A stretch of DNA of 64,000 bases from the NCBI GenBank assembly GCA_020632515.1, contig JACKFK010000006.1, forward strand, positions 139,876-203,875. The letters are read 5' to 3'. The notes beneath the pieces are model-generated. The model was not told the origin of the DNA. It was given only the letters and a program-made list of their open reading frames with translations, and did no database searches. Source of the stretch: Candidatus Omnitrophota bacterium. GTDB taxonomy: Bacteria; Omnitrophota; Gorgyraeia; Zapsychrales; Zapsychraceae. Each line of letters begins with the position of its first letter. Within the stretch, counting starts at the first letter, position 1. Both the position numbers and the translations under genes were made by a program. Shown here in pieces: positions 16,779 through 25,184 of the stretch.

Positions 16779-16796
16779 AATGATCATATGATCATT
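16779..16796. promoter_or_regulatory. 18-bp perfect palindrome AATGATCATATGATCATT in the divergent intergenic region
   Basis: Sequence equals its own reverse complement. It lies between the giant gene 1 start (16407) and gspI (17115). Confidence 0.35.
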
Positions 16797-17114
16797 AATA
16801 ACAAATATTGTGAAGAAAAAGATTGTCAAAAAAATGAAAAAATATCGAAAATATTTATAACTATAAGAGTACTAATATGTTTTAAATTAGGGTGAAACTA
16901 GTCAATTTAAGTAAAGGTTGCATAAAAATTAGATAATACGCGATTTAAACAAGTATGGAAATTTGATGATGATTAATCGTGAAGTAAAAAGGAATGGGCT
17001 ATGTAGAAAGTTTATATCAGGGTATTTCTAAAATAAAGTTGACGAAGTAGTATAAAAAAGATTTTAGTTTTGTTATGATGAAATAATCTATAAATAAAAA
17101 GGATTTTTGATTAT

Positions 17115-17507
17115 ATGAAAAATGAGAGTGGTTCAGTTTTATTAGAAGCCCTGCTGGCAACTGTTATTTTATCTGTTAGTATTACAATTATTATTCAGTC
17201 ATTAACCTCGAGTTTACGGGCCGCGCAGTATAGTTCTCAATATACCGAAGGTTTAATTCTCATTGATGATCAGTTAACCGAATATTTTCAAGAGGGGGTA
17301 GTTGAGTCGGATTTGAATGAGAATGGAAATCTTGCCGCCCCTTATGAAAAATATCAATATAAAGCAAGCACAGAACCTGCAGAGGAATTCGGTGAAAATA
17401 TTAATATTCTTGACTACCAACTAAATTGGCAAAGCGGACGACGGAAGAATAATATTAAAGTGCAAACATTATTGTTTAAAAAAGATGATGAAACAGCAAT
17501 TCAATAA
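17115..17507 (+). CDS. gspI: Minor pseudopilin, GspI-like
   Basis: N-terminus MKNESG|SVLLEALLATVILSV has G at -1 and E at +5, with an atypical S at +1. Size 130 aa. Position before a GspJ-like gene. Confidence 0.6.
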   Translation: MKNESGSVLLEALLATVILSVSITIIIQSLTSSLRAAQYSSQYTEGLILIDDQLTEYFQEGVVESDLNENGNLAAPYEKYQYKASTEPAEEFGENINILDYQLNWQSGRRKNNIKVQTLLFKKDDETAIQ

Positions 17508-18234
17508 TATTTCAAGAGCAAGGCTTATAACGAATAATGGATTTACACTTATCGAGTTATTATTAGCTATAAGCATTTTTTCAATTATAGGGTTAACAGT
17601 TTATAGTGTTTTTTCAAGTGGTATTCGGTTAAGTGAATATTCCGAAGGGCAAGGAGATATTTATCGTCAAGCTAGATGGATTTTGGATTTAATGAGTGCT
17701 GATTTAGAAGCTGCTGTAAATTATGATTTTAGTAGTTTTTATGCTGAAAAAAGTGCTTTTTTAGGAAATAAAGAAGAAATTCAATTCTTGAAAGAAACTA
17801 CGGGAGGTTTAAAAGTTATTAAATATTTTTTGATTGTTCCGGAGAGTTCATCTATTCATAAGGTTATTATTGGAAAAAAATATAAAAAGAATGTTGATAT
17901 TAATTTAGTAAACTCTCAAGCAGAAAGTAGGTATTTTTTAGTTCGAGAAGAAAAATCTTTTTTAGATTTCTTAACTGATGTTAATAGTGATAAAAATAGT
18001 TTGGAAGTTATAGCAACGAATTTCGCGGCAGATGGTTTGCGTTTTAGTTATGGTTTCTTAGATCAGCAAGATTCGTCTGAATCTAGTTGGCGTGATCAAT
18101 GGGACAGGAAGTATGTGCCTATAAACGTTTACGTTGAGATGGATTTAATATCAGAATCAGAAGAAAAAATTATTCATTTTGAAAAGAAAGTCTTAATTCC
18201 AACCGGATTCTGGGGGGAAGAACAGCAGGCATAA
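17485..18234 (+). CDS. gspJ: Minor pseudopilin, GspJ/PulJ-like
   Basis: Prepilin site NNG|FTLIELLLAISIFSIIG, about 250 aa, overlaps the end of gspI. Confidence 0.65.
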   Translation: MMKQQFNNISRARLITNNGFTLIELLLAISIFSIIGLTVYSVFSSGIRLSEYSEGQGDIYRQARWILDLMSADLEAAVNYDFSSFYAEKSAFLGNKEEIQFLKETTGGLKVIKYFLIVPESSSIHKVIIGKKYKKNVDINLVNSQAESRYFLVREEKSFLDFLTDVNSDKNSLEVIATNFAADGLRFSYGFLDQQDSSESSWRDQWDRKYVPINVYVEMDLISESEEKIIHFEKKVLIPTGFWGEEQQA

Positions 18235-18311
18235 AGTTGTTTTTATCTTCATAGAAGATTTTACTTTTTGTTATAATGAGCAATATATAAAAAATAAACA
18301 CACATCTATTT

Positions 18312-19736
18312 ATGAAAAAAGATTTGTTAACCACCGTTGAAATTACGGATTCTCATGTAAAAATTTATCAAAGCCGAGGAGCTAAGACTGGCTCATCGGT
18401 TGGATATTGTGAAGTAAGAGCTTTAAGAAGTCAATCCGATGAAGAGATAAGTAATGTTTTAATTGAAAGCAGATTTCCTAAAAATATATCAAAAGATAAA
18501 TTGACAGTAGTTTTACCGAGAAAATCCGTTATTTTAAAACAGATTAAACTTCCTTCTCATGATTTTGAAGAAATAAAAAAAATGGTGGCATTACAGTTGG
18601 TGAGTTTAATTCCATACGCATTGGATGAAGTTGTTTATGATTTTCATGTTTTAGAAAAAGATTCTGGAGGGTATACAAAAGTTTTAGTTGTTGTGGTTAA
18701 TAAAGACGTTTGTCGGCGATATATTAATATCTTTCAAAGAGCGGGGGTGGTATTTGATAAGTTTGTTTTAAGTTCTTTAGGAATGTTGCAATGGTTACAA
18801 CATCAACAAGTGGATATAAAAATGCCTTCTGTTTTTGTTGATGTGGATTATTCACATTGTGAAATCGGATTTGTTTATCAAAAGACTTTGTTATTCTCGA
18901 GAAGTATTAATTATGGGGCGAAAGATTTTTCGAGTGATAATATGTTGGGTTTGATTGATCAGTTACAGCGTAGTTTGGCAGCTTATCATAAAGAAGGTAT
19001 GGGATCTGAACCGCAAAGAATTTTTCTGATTATTAATGTGATGGAAAAGGATGCTTTGAAGGAACGATTGGAAAGAGAATTTAAGAAGCCGGTTGAAATT
19101 TTATCTGGTTTTGAAAAATTTTCTTTTGCCCGAAATGTGAATATCAATCAAATAAGAAATCAAGGCGGTGTATCATTAGCTGTGGGTTTGGGTATGCTTT
19201 TGAAAGAACCGCAAAAGATGATGAGTTTATTTCCTGCCGAGATTCAGGAAGGAAAAAGAATAAAGGGGCGGCGGAGAAGCTGGGTTATATTTTTCTTATT
19301 ACTTTTAATCAATTTAGGTTTATTTAGCGTTTTACCGACTCTACATTGGCAGCAAAAGGAAAAATATTTAAAACAATTAGAAAACGAAATTCAATCAATT
19401 AAACCGCAGATTGAAGAAGAAAAAAAGAAAAAACAATTCGTTGAAATATTTTATCAAGAGCTAAAGCGGCGTATTATAATTGTGGATTTAATTCATGAAT
19501 TAAACAAATTAACGCCTAATGATATTTCTTTTAGATCTTTATTATTAGACGATAATGGATCGTTTACAATTCAAGGATATGCGCAAACTAGTACTGGAGT
19601 AAATGATTTTCAATCCAGGTTGGTTCGTTCAGCTATTTTTAATGAAGTCAATTTGCAATTTGCGACTAAGCGTAAGATTTTTAATATGGAAGTAACTGAT
19701 TTTAAAATTATATCGAAATTGAAAATTAAAGAATAA
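18312..19736 (+). CDS. PilM-like actin-fold domain fused through one TM helix to a PilN-like periplasmic domain (functional GspL analogue)
   Basis: N-terminal about 300 aa is cytoplasmic. TM helix WVIFFLLLLINLGLFSVLP. Then a coiled coil (QQKEKYLKQLENEIQSIKPQIEEEKKK) and a PilN-type C-terminal fold (ISFRSLLLDDNGSFTIQGYAQT...FQSRL). Gene order supports the call. Confidence 0.6.
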   Translation: MKKDLLTTVEITDSHVKIYQSRGAKTGSSVGYCEVRALRSQSDEEISNVLIESRFPKNISKDKLTVVLPRKSVILKQIKLPSHDFEEIKKMVALQLVSLIPYALDEVVYDFHVLEKDSGGYTKVLVVVVNKDVCRRYINIFQRAGVVFDKFVLSSLGMLQWLQHQQVDIKMPSVFVDVDYSHCEIGFVYQKTLLFSRSINYGAKDFSSDNMLGLIDQLQRSLAAYHKEGMGSEPQRIFLIINVMEKDALKERLEREFKKPVEILSGFEKFSFARNVNINQIRNQGGVSLAVGLGMLLKEPQKMMSLFPAEIQEGKRIKGRRRSWVIFFLLLLINLGLFSVLPTLHWQQKEKYLKQLENEIQSIKPQIEEEKKKKQFVEIFYQELKRRIIIVDLIHELNKLTPNDISFRSLLLDDNGSFTIQGYAQTSTGVNDFQSRLVRSAIFNEVNLQFATKRKIFNMEVTDFKIISKLKIKE

Positions 19737-19753
19737 GTTGAATAAGGAATAAA

Positions 19754-20284
19754 ATGCGAAGTTTTACAACCCGAGAACAAAATATATTCATTTTTTGTCT
19801 AATTTTAATCTTTGTGTATCTAGGATATCAAGGGATTTATAAGAATTTGCAGAATAAATCTCAAGTCTTAGATGATGAGATTAGTAGTATGGAGAGAAAA
19901 ATCCGTAAAGATAGGAAAACGCTCGCCGAGGCAAAGGCTTTTGAAGTTCCATATGAACAATTAGTAAATCAGTTTGAGCAAAAGGTGCCTAATGAGCAGG
20001 TTATGTCAAATTTGATTTCGTTAATTGAAGAAGCTGCTGGAGATTTGGATTTAAGAATTTCTGATCTAAAACCCCAAAGGGTTAAACGAAGTGATACTTA
20101 TAATCGATTTTCTGTGAGTTTAACGATTGATAGTAATTTCGCGGCTATTATGGAATTTCTTTATGTGCTGCAGCAAGATCCTCATAATTTTGATGTTGAT
20201 GAGTTCCGTTTTGACAAGGGAAGTCGTCAGGATACTGATGCGATTAAATCGCGGTTAGTTTTAAGTAAGATATTCATTCCGTAA
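19754..20284 (+). CDS. PilO/GspM-like bitopic assembly protein
   Basis: Single N-terminal TM helix, a coiled coil, and a C-terminal ...RFSVSLTIDSNFAAIMEFLYVLQQ... ferredoxin-like signature typical of PilO. Position after the PilMN fusion. Confidence 0.55.
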   Translation: MRSFTTREQNIFIFCLILIFVYLGYQGIYKNLQNKSQVLDDEISSMERKIRKDRKTLAEAKAFEVPYEQLVNQFEQKVPNEQVMSNLISLIEEAAGDLDLRISDLKPQRVKRSDTYNRFSVSLTIDSNFAAIMEFLYVLQQDPHNFDVDEFRFDKGSRQDTDAIKSRLVLSKIFIP

Positions 20285-20466
20285 AAGTTTTTTAAGTTTT
20301 AAATATTGACTTCTTTCCACCGGAAATGGCATAAATTTCCTTAAATCTGATTGACAGACTAAAACGGATATATAACAATACCTTTATATATAATATTATT
20401 TTAATGTATAAATTATTCTGTAAATTTACTATTAATAAAAATTTTTAGGACGATTGAAAGTGTGGA

Positions 20467-21039
20467 ATGAAACAAAAGAAAAAAGTAGGGGCGAAGTCTA
20501 ATTTATTATTTTTTCTAAACCGTTTTTTCATTTTGGTCGTTATATGTTTAGTAGGTTGGATAGGATATAAATTAAAAAAAATACAAGATGGTAATACACC
20601 CGCGAACTTTCAAGGGAATATTTTTAAAACCGAAGGAACTTTTAAAGGTGAATATAATTTGAAGTTAGAAGGTGTTTTAGATAAACCTTTTAATTATTAT
20701 CAAGGTGAATTGGATAAGCGTAATTTTTTTGAAGCCCCCTGGGAAAAACCACAGATTGAAAAACGTGAAGAGCAAGTCAAGGAGCCGCCAAAACCAAAAA
20801 TTGATTTAAAAACTTTAATTAATTTAGTCGGGATTGTGCTGGATGATGATCCCAAAGCAGTTATTGAAGATTTAAAAACGCAGGAAACTGTTTTTTTGTC
20901 AATTGGTCAGGAAATTAATGAAGCTAAATTAATTGAGATTCATGAGGAAAAGATTATTTTTTTGTATCATGAAGAAAAGCAGGAAATATTTCTAGATAAT
21001 AAAAAAAGCCTTGAAGGGAACGAAGGCGTTGAGATTTAA
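20467..21039 (+). CDS. PilP / GspC(HR-domain)-like secretin-coupling protein
   Basis: N-terminal TM anchor, a Pro/Lys-rich linker, and a small C-terminal beta domain (LVGIVLDDDPKAVIEDLKTQETVFLSIGQEI.EAKLIEIHEEKIIF). Position immediately before the secretin. No PDZ domain. Confidence 0.45.
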   Translation: MKQKKKVGAKSNLLFFLNRFFILVVICLVGWIGYKLKKIQDGNTPANFQGNIFKTEGTFKGEYNLKLEGVLDKPFNYYQGELDKRNFFEAPWEKPQIEKREEQVKEPPKPKIDLKTLINLVGIVLDDDPKAVIEDLKTQETVFLSIGQEINEAKLIEIHEEKIIFLYHEEKQEIFLDNKKSLEGNEGVEI

Positions 21040-22585
21040 TTATATATATATCGTCGGTGTATTATTTTTATTAACAGGGAGTTTATTGGTTCCTGAAGGG
21101 GTTGCCCAGAATTCATCAAGCTCGCCGGAAGATACATACAATTATCCTGAATTTGAAACCCCAGTTCTTACTCCAACCCATCGTGTGCAAAAAGCCCGCA
21201 ATAAAAATCAAACGGTCATTGATGTCCTTGATTTAAAAAATATGGATGTGCTGGACGTTATGAAATTAATTTCACAAAAAAGTGGGATTAATATTGTTCC
21301 TGCGCAGAATGTCAGAGGAAAAGTTACTATTTATTTAAAGGATATTGAAGTTTATGAAGCTTTGTCATTAATTGTTGATGCGTATGGGTGGGCATATGTT
21401 GAAGATCGAGATGTTATTAAGATTATGACCGCACAAGATTATGAGAATAAATATGGGCATAAATTCGGCAAGAAAATTCATACAAGGATTAAACAAATAA
21501 TGTTTGCGAACGCGAATGATTTGGTAGCTATTTTAAATCAAGTTAAAAGCGCGTTAGGTAAAGTAATTTCAGATGATAAAACAGGGACATTGATTCTGAT
21601 TGATGAATATCCAAGGTTGGAAGAGATGGAATTAATTATTACAAAAATAGATGTTCCTTATCGAACAGAGGTTTTTGAGCTGACGTATGCCAGTGTTGAG
21701 GATATTTCGGGTAAAATTACGGAAGTTCTAACGCCAGGTTTAGGAAATTTGAAATTTGATGAACGTTCCAATAAAATTATTGTTTCAGATACTCCTCTGA
21801 AAATTAATGAAATACGGCATATTATAGAGGCCTTTGATCAAAAAGACCGTGAAGTTAATATTGAAGCGAAGATTATTCAAATCGCGTTAAACAATGAACA
21901 TAAATTGGGTGTAGATTGGGAAGCGATTGTTTCTGATTATCATGCGCTTAATCTCAAGAGTGATTTAGATGTCTTGTCGGCTTCTGAGAAGAGTGGGCGT
22001 CTAAGTATCGGGACCTTGGATAATGATGATTATACGTTTTTAATTGAAGCTTTGGATACAGTTGGTTCAACAGATATATTATCGAGCCCAAGGATTACTG
22101 CTTTAAACAATAAAGAAGCCAAGATTCTTGTTGGTTCAACAGAGCCTTACGTAACGTCCACGACAACAACACCGTCTTCCGGGCCAACAACAACCGCTGA
22201 AAGTGTCAATTTTATTGAAGTAGGTGTTAAACTATTTGTTACTCCGACGATTCATAAAGATGGTTTTATTACTATGAAAATAAAACCGGAGGTGAGTTCC
22301 GTTGTCGATAATGTTACAACAAGTAATAATAATACAATTCCGGTTGTTGAAACGTCTGAAGCGGAAACCACAGTTATGGTGCGCGATGGTGTGACTATTG
22401 TTATCGGGGGGCTTATTAAAGAAGAAAGTTTGAGAACGACAAAAACGATTCCTGTTTTAGGTAAACTGCCGGTGTTAGGTATGGTTTTCAAAAGTGAAGA
22501 TGAACGGGTCGGTAAGACGGAATTGGTTATATTTTTGACACCAATCATTGTTACTGGCGATGTTGATGAAGACATTTTTATGTAA
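21011..22585 (+). CDS. gspD: Outer-membrane secretin (GspD/PilQ family)
   Basis: Signal peptide, N-domains, and a canonical secretin C-domain (ILSSPRITALNNKEAKILVGS...IPVLGKLPVLGMVFKS......TELVIFLTPIIV). TTG start overlaps the upstream gene. Confidence 0.9.
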   Translation: MKGTKALRFNYIYIVGVLFLLTGSLLVPEGVAQNSSSSPEDTYNYPEFETPVLTPTHRVQKARNKNQTVIDVLDLKNMDVLDVMKLISQKSGINIVPAQNVRGKVTIYLKDIEVYEALSLIVDAYGWAYVEDRDVIKIMTAQDYENKYGHKFGKKIHTRIKQIMFANANDLVAILNQVKSALGKVISDDKTGTLILIDEYPRLEEMELIITKIDVPYRTEVFELTYASVEDISGKITEVLTPGLGNLKFDERSNKIIVSDTPLKINEIRHIIEAFDQKDREVNIEAKIIQIALNNEHKLGVDWEAIVSDYHALNLKSDLDVLSASEKSGRLSIGTLDNDDYTFLIEALDTVGSTDILSSPRITALNNKEAKILVGSTEPYVTSTTTTPSSGPTTTAESVNFIEVGVKLFVTPTIHKDGFITMKIKPEVSSVVDNVTTSNNNTIPVVETSEAETTVMVRDGVTIVIGGLIKEESLRTTKTIPVLGKLPVLGMVFKSEDERVGKTELVIFLTPIIVTGDVDEDIFM

Positions 22586-22650
22586 ATTATTTATAAATCT
22601 GTAATTCTAAAATATATCAGAATTAATATTTTTTGTTGAGGGAGGATCTA

Positions 22651-23010
22651 TTGCAGAAGAAAGTTTTAATTATTGATGATGACCCAGATATGCTCAAGCT
22701 CGTAAAAGTTAACTTGGAAGCTAAAGGTTTTAAGATTTATGCAACGCATAGTGGCAAGGAAGGATTGGCGATTTGGAAAAAGGATCAGCCTGACTTGATT
22801 CTTTTAGACGTTTTGATGCCGGAAATGGATGGGTTAAGTTTTATGCGGGAAGTGCAGTCTCGAACAGATTTAAAAAATATTCCAATTGTTGTTTTAAGCG
22901 CGAAAGAAGGCATTCGTGAATTATTTACAATGGATGGTATCGTTGGGCATGTTTCAAAACCGTTTGAATATGACGAATTATTATCCATCATTAATCTTCA
23001 CCTTCAATGA
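22651..23010 (+). CDS. Stand-alone response-regulator receiver (CheY-like) 1
   Basis: KVLIIDDD...DLILLDVLMPEMDG...VLSAK...KPF. I prefer TTG 22651 (SD GAGGGAGGA) over the track start 22633. Confidence 0.85.
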   Translation: MQKKVLIIDDDPDMLKLVKVNLEAKGFKIYATHSGKEGLAIWKKDQPDLILLDVLMPEMDGLSFMREVQSRTDLKNIPIVVLSAKEGIRELFTMDGIVGHVSKPFEYDELLSIINLHLQ

Positions 23011-23369
23011 AAAAAATGGTTTTAATTATTGATGATGAAAAAGATATTACGACATTAATTAATGTCCGGCTCAAAATGGCGGGGGTGGAATCTTTTGTGG
23101 CATCGAACGGGATGGAGGGGTTGGATTTATTAAAGAATAAAAATATTGATTTAATTATATTAGATTTTATGATGCCTAAGATGGACGGACAACAAGTTTT
23201 GCAGGAGTTAAAAAAAGATAATCGGTTAAAAACAATTCCTGTGATCATGTTAACCGGACAGGAACGGGATTCGTCCATGGAAGAAGAATGGATAGAAGCG
23301 GATGCATATATTTCTAAGCCATTTGAAGGTCAAGTCCTCATGGATGAGGTAAATAGATTTATTAAATAA
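23007..23369 (+). CDS. Stand-alone response-regulator receiver (CheY-like) 2
   Basis: VLIIDDE...DLIILDFMMPKMDG...MLTG...KPF. Start overlaps the stop of receiver 1. Confidence 0.85.
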   Translation: MKKMVLIIDDEKDITTLINVRLKMAGVESFVASNGMEGLDLLKNKNIDLIILDFMMPKMDGQQVLQELKKDNRLKTIPVIMLTGQERDSSMEEEWIEADAYISKPFEGQVLMDEVNRFIK

Positions 23370-23394
23370 TATAAGTTTGATTGAGGAAGTTGCT

Positions 23395-24294
23395 ATGATT
23401 AAAAAAGTGTTGGTTATAGATGATGAAACTGATATCCAAACTCTAATTCAAATTGGATTAGAGACTGCTGGGTATGAGGTGATTATCTCGGAAAATGCTC
23501 AAAACGGTCTTGACTTAGCGCGTTTGCAAACACCTGACTTAATTATTTTAGATGTGGTGATGCCAGGGATTGATGGTGCGGACATTTTTAAAGTTTTAAA
23601 AAATCATGATGATACTAAGCATATTCCGATAATTATTTTAACCGCACGGGCTAAAATGGAAGATTCATTTTTAGCGTTAGGTGCAACAGCTTTTGTGGAG
23701 AAGCCTTTTCAGGCTGATTTTTTAGAAAATAAAGTTCGTGAAATTATCGGAGAAAGTTCATCTTCAGTTGATGGAGCATCTGCGGATAATAAAATTAAAG
23801 CTGATTTAGATGATGATCTTCAAGCGCAAGAAAAATATAATTTCCATGATAATTCTGGCGCAGGTGATGGGGAATTAGATCGTAAATTTGCTGGAAAAGT
23901 TCTGGTGGCTGGTACGATTGATCACATTGTGGCTTTTATGAAAAATGATTTGGAAAAAGCAAATTGTCTTGTTGAGATTGTAGAAGATGGTGACAAAGTA
24001 GCGGAAACGGCGTTTGATTTTAATCCGGATTTGATTTTATTAGAAACGCAAATGGGAACTGTATCAGCTTATGATTTAATTCAATCATTAAGAAAGAGAG
24101 AAGATTTCCGCACGCAGATACTGCTTTATACTTATCATATGGATCCGGAAACTGCACGAAATTCAATCGTACATCTTCTTTATGACGATAATCAGCGAGA
24201 AGAAAAAGCTGCTGATTTACGACAGCCGATTTATTATTTTGGAATTTATAATAAGAAAACTTTTAATAAAAAGATTAAACGTTTTATTAATTAA
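23395..24294 (+). CDS. Receiver domain plus acidic linker plus degenerate second receiver (pseudo-receiver)
   Basis: The first domain is canonical (VLVIDDE...DLIILDVVMPGIDG...ILTAR...KPF). The second (from about 23896) keeps the fold pattern, but the acidic pair is AG and the phospho-Asp position is Glu (DLILLETQM). ATG 23395 (SD GAGGAAG) is preferred over 23377. Confidence 0.8.
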   Translation: MIKKVLVIDDETDIQTLIQIGLETAGYEVIISENAQNGLDLARLQTPDLIILDVVMPGIDGADIFKVLKNHDDTKHIPIIILTARAKMEDSFLALGATAFVEKPFQADFLENKVREIIGESSSSVDGASADNKIKADLDDDLQAQEKYNFHDNSGAGDGELDRKFAGKVLVAGTIDHIVAFMKNDLEKANCLVEIVEDGDKVAETAFDFNPDLILLETQMGTVSAYDLIQSLRKREDFRTQILLYTYHMDPETARNSIVHLLYDDNQREEKAADLRQPIYYFGIYNKKTFNKKIKRFIN

Positions 24295-24326
24295 ACCACC
24301 GTTTTAAACCTTCCTATATTCCATTC

Positions 24327-24854
24327 ATGTCTATGGAGAAATTATCCCACGAAGAAATTGTTAGTCGCCAAAAAATAAAAGTAAAGTCAAAGCGTTTACC
24401 GTTTGTTGTCCTTTTAAATAATATTCGCAGTCTTTATAACGTTGGATCTATTTTTCGCACGAGCGATGCTGCAGGGGTTTCTAAAATTTGGCTATGCGGC
24501 ATCACAGGGCATCCGCCAAATAATCAGATCGCCAAGACAGCCTTAGGAGCGCAAGAACACGTGCCGTGGGAGTATCATGAAAATGCCATTTCAGTTGTAC
24601 AACAACTTAAACAAGAGAAATACCAAATTGTTTTCTTAGAACAAACAAAGGACAGTACTTTATTTGAGAAATTCCAACCACAATCACCAGTTTGTTTGAT
24701 CGTCGGCAATGAAATTGAAGGTGTTTCTTCGGAATTGCTTGCTTATTGTGATGAAGCGGTTGAAATTGAGATGGATGGTATTAAGAATTCGTTAAATGTT
24801 GCCGTGGCTTTTGGTATTGTGGCGTATCATATTCGGAATTGTTTGAAAATCTAA
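24327..24854 (+). CDS. SpoU/TrmH-family RNA 2'-O-methyltransferase
   Basis: SLYNVGSIFRTSDAAGV...LIVGNEIEGVS......EIEM.G...SLNVAVAFGIVAY motifs. Confidence 0.8.
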   Translation: MSMEKLSHEEIVSRQKIKVKSKRLPFVVLLNNIRSLYNVGSIFRTSDAAGVSKIWLCGITGHPPNNQIAKTALGAQEHVPWEYHENAISVVQQLKQEKYQIVFLEQTKDSTLFEKFQPQSPVCLIVGNEIEGVSSELLAYCDEAVEIEMDGIKNSLNVAVAFGIVAYHIRNCLKI

Positions 24855-25123
24855 GAGGAAAGAGATTTCTTAATTTTTTGTTTTGTTTCTTCGGATAAAT
24901 TTTCCTGGGGTAAGGTAATTGTTGGGGTGTTTTCATCAAGATTTGTGAGAAGATCTTGCAGTGATTTTATCTGTTGTCCGTAATGAAAACAGGCGCGGCA
25001 GAGGTTTGTGTGGAGGCGTAAAGCGATTTTCTTATGAATGGGAAGAGAATGATCCAATTGCTGCGACATAAGTTCAGTAGCCCGGCGGCAGCTGATCATA
25101 AATTTTTTTAATAATTTTTGCAC
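24851..25123 (-). CDS. Small soluble zinc-binding anti-sigma factor (ZAS, zf-HC2 type)
   Basis: Cys12 ... His38-x3-Cys42-x2-Cys45 (LHTNLCRAC). No TM segment. Immediately downstream of the ECF sigma gene. Confidence 0.7.
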   Translation of the reverse strand: MQKLLKKFMISCRRATELMSQQLDHSLPIHKKIALRLHTNLCRACFHYGQQIKSLQDLLTNLDENTPTITLPQENLSEETKQKIKKSLSS

Positions 25124-25184
25124 AATAATTTATTTAATCCTTTTTAGTTAGTCTGATAAATATATCAATCCTTACAAGGGAATT

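Noticed and set aside
5227-17114. Giant gene 1 as a mobile insertion into the T2SS operon
   Set aside because: I could recognise no integrase, transposase or recombinase, no flanking direct or inverted repeats, and no tRNA target. The convergent 6-bp overlap with gspH argues for a long-standing arrangement.
20322-20340. TGGCATAAATTTCC as a sigma-54 (-24/-12) promoter upstream of the PilP-like gene
   Set aside because: GG is present, but the element 10 nt downstream reads TCC, not TGC. It is better described as a small inverted repeat (GGAAAT/ATTTCC).
22586-22632. AT-rich hairpin TAATTCT...AGAATTA plus T-run after the secretin as a terminator
   Set aside because: The stem is only 7 bp and all A/T. 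It lies 20 nt from the next gene's SD, which is too weak to call. The receivers may well be co-transcribed with gspD.
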